Shown here one piece after another: positions 1 to 9,102 of a stretch of 32,662 nt of DNA. Position 1 is the first letter of the stretch. Each line of letters opens with the position of its first letter. The stretch is from Solirubrobacterales bacterium (GTDB lineage: Bacteria; Actinomycetota; Thermoleophilia; Solirubrobacterales; 70-9), in assembly GCA_040398125.1 (NCBI GenBank), contig JBBAUQ010000002.1:1-32662 (forward strand), in the 5' to 3' direction. A program made the translations under genes and the position numbers. The notes below the pieces were generated by a model. The model worked only from the letters and a program-made list of their open reading frames with translations, was not told the origin of the DNA and ran no database searches.

Positions 1-1
1 T

Positions 2-265
2 TTCCAGGGGGTGAGGGACCGCAAGCGGGTCCTGGTCGATGCCGCGGGTTACCGGGCAGAGCGTGAGCAGGCTCTGGGGGAGAGGGCAGACCGGGCAGCG
101 GAGCAGGCGATCGCCAGCGGAGATGAGATCGAGATGGACCCGATGTCCTCGCGGGAGCGACGGATCGTCCACGAGCGGCTCAAGCCAAGGCCCGAGGTAG
201 AGACCTACAGTGCCGGTGATGAGCCGAGGCGTCGGGTCATCGTTGCTCCCCTCATCCCCGAGTGA
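2..265 (+). CDS. jag: Jag/KhpB-type RNA-binding protein, C-terminal R3H domain; 5' end lies outside the window
   Basis: The open frame runs from the window edge. R3H-like SRERRIVHERLK motif. Sits just upstream of rsmG-parA-parB, and its stop overlaps the rsmG GTG (GTGA). Confidence 0.75.
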   Translation, partial: FQGVRDRKRVLVDAAGYRAEREQALGERADRAAEQAIASGDEIEMDPMSSRERRIVHERLKPRPEVETYSAGDEPRRRVIVAPLIPE

Positions 266-981
266 GCGAACGGCCAGACGCCGCTCGTGACCCCGGGCCA
301 CCCGTTCGGCCGGCAGGACCCCAAAAAGAGGTTGCCGATCGACTGGGACCCTTCCTCGAACTCCTTTCCCGTTACCCGGCCTCCCTCAGCTCTGTCCGCG
401 ACCCCGAGGCTGCCCTCGAGACCCACGTTGCCGACAGCCTCTCCGGGCTCGCTGTCGAGGCCGTCAATGAGTCGTCCCGGACGGTAGATATTGGCTCTGG
501 GGGCGGGTTTCCCGGTATTCCGCTGGCCGTGGCACTACCGGACTGTGACTTCACCTTGATCGATTCGGTCGGGCGGAAGACCGAGTTTCTCAAGCAGGCG
601 GTTGACCTGATCGGGCTGGAGAACGTCGAGGTACTGACCACCAGGTCGGAGGACCTTGCGACCGGCGAGGGCAAGGAGGCCTTCTCGGTAGCACTGGCCC
701 GGGCGGTAGGCCCGCTCGCGGTCCTCGCCGAGCTCGCTTCGCCGCTCCTTACGGAGGGCGGGGTCCTGGTCGCCTGGAAGGGATCCCGGGAGCTCGACGA
801 GGAAGAGCGACTCGCCCGCCTCGCGCCTCAACTTGCGATGGAGCTCGAGGAGGTCCTGGCGGTCCAGCCGTTCCCGGGGAGCCGTACCAGGCACCTTTAC
901 GTGGTGCGGAAGGCCGGGCCGACGCCGGCCAGGCTGCCTCGCCGTCCCGGAATGGCAAAGAAACGCCCTCTGTCCGAATAA
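262..981 (+). CDS. rsmG: 16S rRNA (guanine527-N7)-methyltransferase RsmG/GidB
   Basis: SAM motif DIGSGGGFPGIPLA, typical length, and the conserved jag-rsmG-parAB context. Confidence 0.9.
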   Translation: MSERPDAARDPGPPVRPAGPQKEVADRLGPFLELLSRYPASLSSVRDPEAALETHVADSLSGLAVEAVNESSRTVDIGSGGGFPGIPLAVALPDCDFTLIDSVGRKTEFLKQAVDLIGLENVEVLTTRSEDLATGEGKEAFSVALARAVGPLAVLAELASPLLTEGGVLVAWKGSRELDEEERLARLAPQLAMELEEVLAVQPFPGSRTRHLYVVRKAGPTPARLPRRPGMAKKRPLSE

Positions 982-1053
982 GCTGGACCGAGATGACGCC
1001 TCGCGAGCGCAATATCGGGTCCGAAAAAGTTCCCGTGTCGACCGATTGACGAC

Positions 1054-1812
1054 GTGGGTCTCGTCTACGCGGTAGCCAACCAGAAGGGCGGAGTAGGAAA
1101 GACCACCACCACGGTGAATCTCGCGGCAGGATTCGCCTCTCTGGGCAGGAAGGTACTGGTGATAGACCTGGACCAGCAGGCAAACGCCACGGTCGCCCTC
1201 GGCCTGTCCAAGGATGACCGTCCGTCCAGTTACGACGTGCTGGCCGGCCGTTCGACGCTCGAGTCTGCAGCCCGGAAAACGAGTCGGGAAGGGCTCTTCG
1301 TCGTTCCCGGGAGCCGTGACCTGGCCGGGGCCACCGTTGAGCTTCCGCGCCTCGATGAACCCAATTTTCAGCTCAGCCAGAGGATGGGCTCGGTGCGTGA
1401 CGACTTCGACGTCGTGCTGCTCGACTGCCCGCCGGCGCTCGGGCCGGTCACGGTGAACGCCCTGGTGGCGGCCGACCGGGTGATCGTTCCGGTCCAGGCC
1501 GAGTACCTGGCCCTCGAGGGGCTGGTCGAGTTTCTCGGGACCCTCTCGGCCATCCGTCGTGAGATGAACCCGTCACTGGAACTGGCCGGTGTGGTCGTCA
1601 CAATGCATGATGAAAGGACCCGTTTGGCCCAGGACGTCGAAAGAGAACTGAGAGACCACTTCTCCGAGACCGTCTTCAAGACGGTCATACCGCGGACCGT
1701 CCGTCTGGCCGAGGCGCCGAGCTATGGCGTCTCCGTGCTCGACTACGCGCCCGCTTCCCGTGGGGCGCTTGCCTTCCAGGCACTGACCGCCGAGCTGGTG
1801 GAACGTGGCTGA
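1054..1812 (+). CDS. parA: Chromosome partitioning ATPase ParA/Soj
   Basis: Deviant Walker A NQKGGVGKTTT close to the N-terminus. Immediately followed by parB. Confidence 0.92.
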   Translation: MGLVYAVANQKGGVGKTTTTVNLAAGFASLGRKVLVIDLDQQANATVALGLSKDDRPSSYDVLAGRSTLESAARKTSREGLFVVPGSRDLAGATVELPRLDEPNFQLSQRMGSVRDDFDVVLLDCPPALGPVTVNALVAADRVIVPVQAEYLALEGLVEFLGTLSAIRREMNPSLELAGVVVTMHDERTRLAQDVERELRDHFSETVFKTVIPRTVRLAEAPSYGVSVLDYAPASRGALAFQALTAELVERG

Positions 1813-2665
1813 GTCGCGCGGAATGGGCAAGGGCCTGGGCGCCATCCTGCCGGATGCCCCGACCGGACAAGAGGTGATCGAGGTGCCGGTCGAGGCGATC
1901 AGCCCGAACCCCGGGCAGCCCCGGACGAGCTTCGACGACGGTGCCCTGGCGGCCCTGGCCGACTCGATCTCTGCAAGTGGGGTGGTTCAGCCCCTGATCG
2001 CCCGGGAACTTAGTGACAAAAGTTACGAACTTATCGCCGGCGAGCGGCGCTGGCGCGCCGCGCAGATCGCCGGACTCGAGCAGGTCCCGGTCATCCTGCG
2101 CGATTCCGACGAGGCAGCTCGGATGGAGGTCGCCCTGATCGAGAACATGGTCCGGGAAGACCTCAACCCGATCGACGAGGCCCGTGCCTGCGCGGCGCTG
2201 ATCGAAGACCTCGGCCTGAGCAAGGAGGACCTCGGGAAGCGAGTCGGACGGAGCCGTCCCCAGATCTCCAACCTGATCCGTCTCCTCGATCTGCCCGATG
2301 AGGTCCAGGGGCTCCTCGAGGCCGGTGAGTTGACCGAGGGACACGGCAAGGCCATCCTGCGGGTCCAGGACCACTCGGGTAGGCGGGAGCTGGCACGCGC
2401 AGTCGTCGCCGGAGGCTGGTCCGTTCGCAGAACCGAGGAAGAGGCCATTCGTATCGAGGAAAGTCCCGGCCGGGCCGGCGAGAGTCGGAAGGCCGGCCAT
2501 GAGATGGAGGCCGATGAGCGCGAGCTGGTCGATCGGGTGACCGAGAAGATCGAGGCCTCCCTCGGCCACCCGGCGAAAATGAAGAGGGTGAAGGGTGGCT
2601 ACCGCCTGGAGATCACCTTCCCGGACTTGCCGTCGGCCGCCAGTCTCGCCGACAAGCTGCCCTGA
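1805..2665 (+). CDS. parB: Chromosome partitioning protein ParB/Spo0J
   Basis: ParB-box motifs LIAGERRWRAA and ENMVREDLNPIDEA, plus an HTH region. The alternative ATG at 1823 gives the usual GLGKGL N-terminus. Confidence 0.92.
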   Translation: MAESRGMGKGLGAILPDAPTGQEVIEVPVEAISPNPGQPRTSFDDGALAALADSISASGVVQPLIARELSDKSYELIAGERRWRAAQIAGLEQVPVILRDSDEAARMEVALIENMVREDLNPIDEARACAALIEDLGLSKEDLGKRVGRSRPQISNLIRLLDLPDEVQGLLEAGELTEGHGKAILRVQDHSGRRELARAVVAGGWSVRRTEEEAIRIEESPGRAGESRKAGHEMEADERELVDRVTEKIEASLGHPAKMKRVKGGYRLEITFPDLPSAASLADKLP

Positions 2666-2677
2666 CAGCAGTAGAAT
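2649..2677 (+). promoter_or_regulatory. Candidate sigma-A-type promoter for tRNA-Ile
   Basis: CCGACA (2649-2654), 17-nt spacer, TAGAAT (2672-2677). The -10 ends 13 nt before the mature tRNA 5' end. Confidence 0.3.
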
Positions 2678-2690
2678 CCCGCCTCTGTCC

Positions 2691-2764
<74 letters not shown>

Positions 2765-2823
2765 TCTCCCCCTGCGGATCCTCCTGGCGTCCGACCGGGC
2801 GGAGCGGCACCGGGCAGGCTGCC

Positions 2824-2852
2824 TTGGACGGCCGATGCCCCGCCCATATAAT
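2824..2852 (+). promoter_or_regulatory. Candidate promoter giving a leaderless transcript of the BFN nuclease gene
   Basis: TTGGAC (2824-2829), 17-nt spacer, perfect TATAAT (2847-2852), then 7 nt to the ATG at 2860. The ORF-track start at 2824 is this -35-like hexamer. Confidence 0.55.
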
Positions 2853-2859
2853 CGCCCCG

Positions 2860-3348
2860 ATGCGCGAAGTTCAGATCTACGGGGTCAGCTTCGACATGGT
2901 CGGCAAGCAGCCGATCGTTTTGTTGAAGACGATCGACGACAACCGTTTCCTGCCGATCTGGATCGGACATCCCGAGGCGGCCGCGATCCTGATGAAGCTT
3001 CAGGGCGCCGATACCCCGCGGCCGATGACCCACGACCTGATGGTCGAGCTGCTCGACCAGGCCGACACGACCTGCGAGCGGATCGCCATCACCGAGCTGC
3101 GCGACAACACCTTTTTCGCCAGCATCACGATCTCGGTTTCGGGATCCGAGATAGAAGTCGACTCGCGCCCGTCCGATGCCCTGGCACTCGCCGTGCGACT
3201 CTCGCTGCCGATCTTCGTGGCCGACGATGTGATCGACGAGTCCTCGATCGAGTTCGAGCAGGGTGAAGAGGACAACGAGGAGGTCGTCGAGAAATTCAAG
3301 GATTTCCTCGACGACATCTCGCCCGAGGATTTCCTCCAGGACTCCTGA
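2860..3348 (+). CDS. Bifunctional nuclease (BFN/DUF151) family protein with an acidic C-terminal tail
   Basis: MREVQIYGVSFDMVGKQPIVLLK...RPSDALALAVR matches the BFN-domain pattern. I chose the ATG at 2860 because of the promoter geometry. Confidence 0.7.
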   Translation: MREVQIYGVSFDMVGKQPIVLLKTIDDNRFLPIWIGHPEAAAILMKLQGADTPRPMTHDLMVELLDQADTTCERIAITELRDNTFFASITISVSGSEIEVDSRPSDALALAVRLSLPIFVADDVIDESSIEFEQGEEDNEEVVEKFKDFLDDISPEDFLQDS

Positions 3349-3360
3349 GCACCCGGGCGC

Positions 3361-3381
3361 CGGCCGGTCCGGCCGTCTTCT
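3361..3381 (+). terminator. Possible intrinsic terminator after the BFN gene
   Basis: GC hairpin CGGCCGgtcCGGCCG (3361-3375) followed by the T-rich TCTTCT. Lies between convergent genes. Confidence 0.3.
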
Positions 3382-3399
3382 GGGGCATTAATCAATTAG

Positions 3400-4317
3400 T
3401 TAATTGGCCAGGTCGAGTATCCGGGCGACCAGGTCGGTAAAGCCGATCCCGGCAGCTTCAGCTGCCTGGGGCATCAGCGAGGTCTCGGTCAGGCCCGGGA
3501 TCGCGTTGACCTCGAGGACGGCCGGTCCGGCCTCACCGAGAATCAGGTCGACCCGGGCGTAACCGGAACAGCCGAGCGCCCGGTAGGCCTCGAGGGCGAC
3601 CTGCTCGACCCCGGCCCCGGCCGCCTCGTCCAGTTCGGCCGGACAGACGAACCGGGCCCCGCCGATCTCATAGCGGGCCTCGAAGTCATAGGCGTTGCCA
3701 TCGGCCGGGATCGCCTCCACCACCGGCAGCGGGTCATCGTCCAGGATCGATATCGCCAGTTCCCGGCCGTTGACCCAGGACTCGAGCAACACGCGATCGT
3801 CGTAGTTGAAAGCCGATACGGCTGCGTCGGGCAGGGCTTCGGCCTCGGTGACGACCCGGACCCCGAGGGAAGACCCCCCCGAGTTCGGCTTGATGACCAG
3901 GGGCAGGCCGAGGCGTTCGGCCGAGCGCCCGAAGGTGGCTGCCGCCCCGAGATCCCGAATCGAGGCGGCCGTGTAGGTCACCCAGTCCGGGGTTGGCACC
4001 TCCCGCTCCCTGAACAGGTGTTTGGCCCTCCCCTTGGACATGCAGCGTTGACAGGCAACGGCCCGTGGACCCGTGTAGGGGATCTCCAGCAGGTCGAGGA
4101 GTGACTGGATCGTTCCGTCCTCCCCCTCGACTCCGTGGAGGGCGATGAAGGCGGCTTCGGGCCTCTCTCGTTCCAGGGCAGGCACGAGCTCCGGCCCGAG
4201 GTCGAACTGGAGGACCTCGTGACCCAGCTCGGCGAGGGCCTCAGCCACCCGTTGCCCGGAGCGAAGCGATACTGCCCGCTCGAGGGAGCGGCCACCTTCC
4301 AGGAGCGCGACCTTCAA
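3400..4317 (-). CDS. ddl: D-alanine--D-alanine ligase
   Basis: N-terminal GGRSLERAVSLRSG and an ATP-grasp body of typical length. The TTG start overlaps the stop of the upstream aminotransferase (TTGA). Confidence 0.9.
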   Translation of the reverse strand: MKVALLEGGRSLERAVSLRSGQRVAEALAELGHEVLQFDLGPELVPALERERPEAAFIALHGVEGEDGTIQSLLDLLEIPYTGPRAVACQRCMSKGRAKHLFREREVPTPDWVTYTAASIRDLGAAATFGRSAERLGLPLVIKPNSGGSSLGVRVVTEAEALPDAAVSAFNYDDRVLLESWVNGRELAISILDDDPLPVVEAIPADGNAYDFEARYEIGGARFVCPAELDEAAGAGVEQVALEAYRALGCSGYARVDLILGEAGPAVLEVNAIPGLTETSLMPQAAEAAGIGFTDLVARILDLAN

Positions 4318-5633
4318 GAGGGATTCCTCCGGTGCTCGGACGGCAGACGCATCTCGGCCGTGGAGGAGATCGCCTCGTACAGCCCGAGCTGGTCCCCGGC
4401 GACCTTGCCGATACGGCGAATTCCCTCGACAATGGTCTCCTCCGGGACCCCACTGAAATTGAGCCTCATCGAGCTTCCGCCCCTCCCGTCGACGTAGGCA
4501 GCCGATCCCGGCACGAAGGCCACCCCCGCCTGGAGCGCCTTGGCCAGCAGGTCATCGGAATCGAGCATGTCGGGGAGCGTCGCCCAGACGAAGAGACCGC
4601 CTTCGGGTCGGTTCCAGGTTGCGCCGTGGGGGAAGTACTCCGAGATCGCCCCGATCATCGCGTCACGGCGACTGCGGTAGAGCCCGGTCAGCGCCTGCAC
4701 ATAACCTCGCCACTCCCCGGAGGCGAAGAAGTGTGCGGCAAAGTCCTGGGTGAGGCTGGAGGTGCAGAGGTCGCTGGCCTGTTTGCCGAGCACGACCTTC
4801 TCCCGGATTGGCGGCGGGGAGACGATCCAGCCGATCCTCAGGCCGGCCGAGAGGATCTTCGAGAAGGTGCCGATGTAGACGACGAACGACCCCCCGTCCA
4901 GTGAATACAGGGTCGGTAGTGGCTCACCCTCGAACCTGAGCAGGCCGTACGGGTTGTCCTAGACGATCAGGACTTCGTGCCGGTTGGCGATCTCGACCAG
5001 CTTCCGGCGACGATCCTCGGCGAGGGTTACCCCTCCGGGGTTCTGGAAGGTCGGCACCGAATAGATGAACTTCGGCCGGCGCCCGCCGGCGATCAGGCTC
5101 TCGACGGTCTCTTCCAGCAGGTCCACCCTCATCCCATCACCGTCGCACTCGATCTGGATGACGTCGGCCTCGTAGGAGGAGAAGGTAGGGATCGCGCCGG
5201 GGTAGGTCGGTGCGTCACAGATCAGGATGTCCCCCGGATCGATCAGGGCCTTGGTGATCAGATCGATCGCCTGTTGACCGCCGGTGGTCACGGTGATGTC
5301 GGTCGGGTCGACCGCCATGCCCTCCTCGGCCATCACCAGGGCGATCTGCTCCCGGGTGAGCTCGGTGCCTTCGGTGGGCCCGTACTGAAGGGCCCGGGGC
5401 AGCGACTCCTCGGCAATTCGCGTCATCTCCTCGAGGAAGGAGTCCGGGGGGAAGGACGACGTGTCGGGCAGGCCGCCGGCCAGTGAGATCACCTCTGGCA
5501 GGGCCGTGATCGCCATCATGTCGCGCATCACTGAAGAGCGCATCACCTTGGTCCGTTTGGCGAAAAGGGCGGCGTAGCGCTCGAGATCCCGGGAGCTCGT
5601 GTGGGCGCGGCGCGGCGATGCCTCGTCCGTCAT
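4314..5633 (-). pseudogene. Class I/II PLP-dependent aminotransferase (2-aminoadipate/aromatic type) interrupted by one in-frame TAG (4959-4961)
   Basis: ORFs 4959..5633 and 4314..4793 are in the same frame. The stretch between them translates cleanly as DNPYGLLRFEGEP...GTFSKILSAGLRIGW, which includes the PLP lysine motif. The TAG replaces the Glu of the (V/F)EDxPY motif; the paralog at 21213..22286 reads FEDDPY. Confidence 0.85.
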
Positions 5634-6082
5634 GCCTCTATTCTGACCCCATCGGATTACTGAACACAGTCTTCTTCGGAGCGGGCATCGGCGTGGCGAT
5701 CGGAATGATTGCCGGGACGACCGGTCTGCAGGGCTCGGCCAGGGGCCGGATGACCGTGCTTGCCGCCGTGATCGGCCTGGTGCTCGGGTTGCTCTTGACC
5801 TCGGCCTTCGACGGCTTCACCTTCGTCGGGGGCCTGCTTGCCGCAATCTTCGCCGGGCTCGGCTGCGCGGCGACCAGTGACGTAGTCGCCGGTGCCTCCC
5901 GGAGGTCCGGGGCGACCTGGGCGCTCAGCCTGATGGTCATTCTCGCCGCCCTGGTCGTCGCCGGGCTTACCCTGCTGCTTCCCCCGCTCGGCCTGATCGC
6001 GGCGGCGTTGATGGTCTGGTTGATGATCGGGCGGAGGCGCCGGGAAGACCGGAAGTACGCCGGCCTCCGGATCCTCAAGTAG
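5618..6082 (+). CDS. Hypothetical integral membrane protein (about 4 Gly/Ala-rich TM helices)
   Basis: Hydrophobic segments run throughout, with a basic C-terminus RRRREDRKY. The start is uncertain and overlaps the divergent aminotransferase start by 16 nt. Confidence 0.5.
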   Translation: MPRPSCLYSDPIGLLNTVFFGAGIGVAIGMIAGTTGLQGSARGRMTVLAAVIGLVLGLLLTSAFDGFTFVGGLLAAIFAGLGCAATSDVVAGASRRSGATWALSLMVILAALVVAGLTLLLPPLGLIAAALMVWLMIGRRRREDRKYAGLRILK

Positions 6083-6090
6083 GCGGCCTG

Positions 6091-7635
6091 ATGCCGGACA
6101 AGCTGGTTCTCGCCTACGTCGATTCGCTTCGGACCGACATGTTGCTGCGCGCCGTCGAGGAGGGCCGTGCACCTACCTTCGGCCGCCTCCTGCGGCGCGG
6201 GGTCCTGGTTGAGGACTGTGTCTCGTCCTTCCCCTCGGTCACACCGGTCGCCTCGGCCGAGATGGTGACCGGCCTGGGGCCGGACGGGCACTGGATCAAC
6301 GGCATGAACTGGTACCACCGGCTCGAGAAACGGTACGTCGAGTACGGCTCTTCACTCGAGGCCACCAGAGCCTTCGGGATCTTCCGGTCCCTCCATGACC
6401 TGATCTACAACATGAACCTCGCTCACCTGAACCCGAACATCGAGACCCTGTTCGAGCAACTCGATGGCCAGGAGGTGAGGACGGCCTCGACACCTTTCCT
6501 CATCTACCGGGGACGCCATCGCCACGACGTCACCCTCCAGGGACTCACCGGCAGGGCGATCGAGCGGGGACTGCTCAAGTTCGACTACGGCACCTGGGGC
6601 CCCAAGGAGCTCTTCTACGGCGACATCTATGCCTCGATGGAGGTCCCCTGCCGTCCGAGCTCAGTCCCGGGCAGACGGGACCAGTACTCGGCCTGCTGCG
6701 CCGCCGAGCTGATCATCCACGACCGTTTCGATTTCCTGCTCCTCTCCTTCCCCGACAACGACAACTACTCCCATCGGTTCGGCCCTTCGGCCTCGGTGGA
6801 CTCGATCGAGCGAGCCGACCTGAGCCTCTCCGAGGTGGTCAGGGCTGCCGGGGGCCTGGATGAGTTCCTCGCCGGCCATGCCCTGATTCTCCTGGCCGAC
6901 CACGCCCATTCGGACGTCGACCGGCCGCTGGACCTGATCGGTTCACTCTCACGCGACTGGGCTGTGCTCCAGCCGTCCGAGGACCAGCCGGACCGGGCCG
7001 AACTTGCGGTCAGCCCAACTTCCAGGGCGGCCAACCTCTACATCCTCACCGACCGTGACAATCCCCGTCGCCATCGCCGGTTGGTCGAGGATGTCGTTGG
7101 CCTGGAGGGGGTCGAGCTGGTCGCCTGGCTCGAGACCGTGGAGGGTGATCCAGTGGTCCGCGATGGTTCTCGGTACGAAGGGCGGCAGGACCTGGTCGTC
7201 GCGGTCTCTCGCGGGGGTCGGGAGCTCCGGTTCGCTCCCGCTGAAAGCCTGCCCCGCCAGCTCGGTGAGCGGCTGGTCGACCGCCGCGGCCGGGAGTGGA
7301 ACATCACCGGCAACCTCGAGGCACTGGAGGCTTCGGTCGAGTCCGGCCGGATCGAGACCCCGGTCTTCCCGGATGCCTTTTCCCGCCTCCACTCTGCCTT
7401 GATGTCGCCTCACTCGGGGGACCTGGTGATCTCGGCGGCACCCGGTTTCGAGTGCGTCGACTGGGGAGGCTCTTCCCACGTCGGTGGTGGCAGTCACGGC
7501 TCGCTTCGTCGGGAGGATTCCGAAGGACCGCTGCTGTTCGTCGGTTGTGGGCCCGAGAGTGCCGCCGAACGTGACCAGTGGACTCTGCGGGACGTAGTCC
7601 CGGTGGTCAGGGACTTCTTCGATTCACGCAGCTGA
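6091..7635 (+). CDS. Alkaline phosphatase superfamily protein, nucleotide pyrophosphatase/phosphodiesterase-like
   Basis: N-terminal YVDSLRTD...FPSVTPVASAEMVTGLGPDGHWI resembles the type I phosphodiesterase metal and nucleophile-Thr region. LLADHAHSD lies downstream. Confidence 0.65.
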   Translation: MPDKLVLAYVDSLRTDMLLRAVEEGRAPTFGRLLRRGVLVEDCVSSFPSVTPVASAEMVTGLGPDGHWINGMNWYHRLEKRYVEYGSSLEATRAFGIFRSLHDLIYNMNLAHLNPNIETLFEQLDGQEVRTASTPFLIYRGRHRHDVTLQGLTGRAIERGLLKFDYGTWGPKELFYGDIYASMEVPCRPSSVPGRRDQYSACCAAELIIHDRFDFLLLSFPDNDNYSHRFGPSASVDSIERADLSLSEVVRAAGGLDEFLAGHALILLADHAHSDVDRPLDLIGSLSRDWAVLQPSEDQPDRAELAVSPTSRAANLYILTDRDNPRRHRRLVEDVVGLEGVELVAWLETVEGDPVVRDGSRYEGRQDLVVAVSRGGRELRFAPAESLPRQLGERLVDRRGREWNITGNLEALEASVESGRIETPVFPDAFSRLHSALMSPHSGDLVISAAPGFECVDWGGSSHVGGGSHGSLRREDSEGPLLFVGCGPESAAERDQWTLRDVVPVVRDFFDSRS

Positions 7636-7652
7636 TCCCGCGGAGCCCGCGT

Positions 7653-8432
7653 TCAAGGGCCGGCCGGGACCTGGAAGGCCTCGATCGACTCGGCCATTCC
7701 GGAATCGCCGATGGTCACCGCCGCGCCCATCACCCACGGGTCCCCGGTTGCCTCCTCGAACCTCACCGGCAGGCCGGTGCGCATCTTCTCGATCGCCTGA
7801 TCACGCTTGACCCCGATCACCCCGTCCCGGGCTCCCGTCATCCCGACATCACTGATGTAGGCCGTCCCGCCGGGTAGCACCCGCCCGTCGGCCGTGGGGA
7901 CGTGGGTGTGGGTGCCGAGGACGGCCGCCACTCGGCCGTCCACGTACCAGCCGAAGGCGACCTTCTCACTGGTCGCCTCGGCATGGAAGTCGACCACCAG
8001 CGCATCGCACCGGTCTCCAAGTGACTCGATCAAGAGGTCGGCCTCGTCGAATGGCGAGCGGGCAACCTCGAGCCCGACCTTGCCGCTCAGGTTGATGACC
8101 CCGACCTCGAGCCCTCCTGCGGTGATGACCGTCGAGCCGCTCCCGGGATTGGAGTGGCGGTAGTTGGCCGGCCGGATGACCCGGTCGGCCGAATCGAGGT
8201 AGTCCCAGGCCTCGCGGCGACGGAAGGCATGGTTGCCGAGGGTGATCACGTCTGCCCCGGCGTTCAGGAGTTCTCCGGCGACCTTCTCGGTTATCCCCAC
8301 ACCCCCGGCGGCGTTCTCCCCGTTGACCACGGTGAGGTCTGGATCGAAGCGATCGGCTAGCTCCGGAAATGCGGACGCAAATGCCCGCCGTCCGGTGCTG
8401 CCGACGATGTCGCCGATGAAGAGCAGTTTCAT
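7653..8432 (-). CDS. ymdB: YmdB-family metallophosphoesterase (2',3'-cyclic-nucleotide 2'-phosphodiesterase type)
   Basis: MKLLFIGDIVG..GR, VVNGENAAGG and TLGNH motifs. Length is about 259 aa. Confidence 0.85.
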   Translation of the reverse strand: MKLLFIGDIVGSTGRRAFASAFPELADRFDPDLTVVNGENAAGGVGITEKVAGELLNAGADVITLGNHAFRRREAWDYLDSADRVIRPANYRHSNPGSGSTVITAGGLEVGVINLSGKVGLEVARSPFDEADLLIESLGDRCDALVVDFHAEATSEKVAFGWYVDGRVAAVLGTHTHVPTADGRVLPGGTAYISDVGMTGARDGVIGVKRDQAIEKMRTGLPVRFEEATGDPWVMGAAVTIGDSGMAESIEAFQVPAGP

Positions 8433-8439
8433 CCCCGCG

Positions 8440-8483
8440 ACCCTATCGCCACCGGGACGGCCCCCCGGCCCCGCACCTACAAT
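8440..8483. promoter_or_regulatory. Divergent intergenic region with two -10-like boxes placed for leaderless starts
   Basis: Minus strand: TAGGGT (8445-8440), 7 nt, ymdB ATG (8432). Plus strand: TACAAT (8478-8483), 7 nt, GTG at 8491. Confidence 0.4.
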
Positions 8484-8490
8484 CGACGCT

Positions 8491-9069
8491 GTGGCCGAGT
8501 CCGAAACAGCGCCGAATCCCCTCGTTCAGGCGGGCGAGCTGGCTGCCCAGCAGGGTGGCCTCCTCGAATCCGCCCTGGTCGGGGGCGAGCCGCAATCGTC
8601 CCCGTTGGGAGAACTGGTCGGGGCCGGGGAGCTCGGCCTGAGAGAGCCGGTCAGGGCCGTGGTGTTCGAACTCGTCCGGGAGGGTTACCTCTGCCACTAC
8701 GGAGTTCCGCGTCTGGTCGAGTCCGACGATGCCGACCTGGCCCTGCTCCTCGGCGACCTGCTCTACGCGGTCGGTCTTCGCGAGCTGGCTGCGCTCGGTG
8801 ATCCCGGGCCGGTGGAGCTGTTGGCCAGCCTGATTGCCCTCTCGGCCGAGATGGAGGCAGCCGGCCTCGGTAACAGCACCGCAGGCCTGTGGCTCGCCCG
8901 GGCCGTGGCCCTCGGCACCGGGCACGATCCCGCTGAACCGGCCGTGATCGAGGGCCTTGCCGTAGATGGTTCCGGTGCGGCAGACCGACTGGAGGAGAGC
9001 GCGAGGAAGGTAGCCGAGGATGCCGGAGTCGGGGCGGCATTCGGTCGCGCCCGTGAGGCAATACAATGA
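8491..9069 (+). CDS. Hypothetical helical protein, possibly HepS-like (heptaprenyl diphosphate synthase component I-like)
   Basis: DADLALLLGDLLYAVGLRELAALGDPGPVELLASLI recalls the LAGDLYSGLYYELLA region of Bacillus HepS (from memory, not searched). I chose the GTG at 8491 because the longer ORF overlaps ymdB. Confidence 0.4.
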   Translation: MAESETAPNPLVQAGELAAQQGGLLESALVGGEPQSSPLGELVGAGELGLREPVRAVVFELVREGYLCHYGVPRLVESDDADLALLLGDLLYAVGLRELAALGDPGPVELLASLIALSAEMEAAGLGNSTAGLWLARAVALGTGHDPAEPAVIEGLAVDGSGAADRLEESARKVAEDAGVGAAFGRAREAIQ

Positions 9070-9102
9070 AGCCAGCAGGACCTCTAGATCCGAGACCATC
9101 CA

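Noticed and set aside
982-1053. An expected parS site (TGTTTCACGTGAAACA-like palindrome) near parAB.
   Set aside because: A visual scan of this intergenic region and of the few CACGTG-containing sites elsewhere (near 20510, 21871 and 28471) found no flanking match to the parS arms. A proper pattern search is still advisable.
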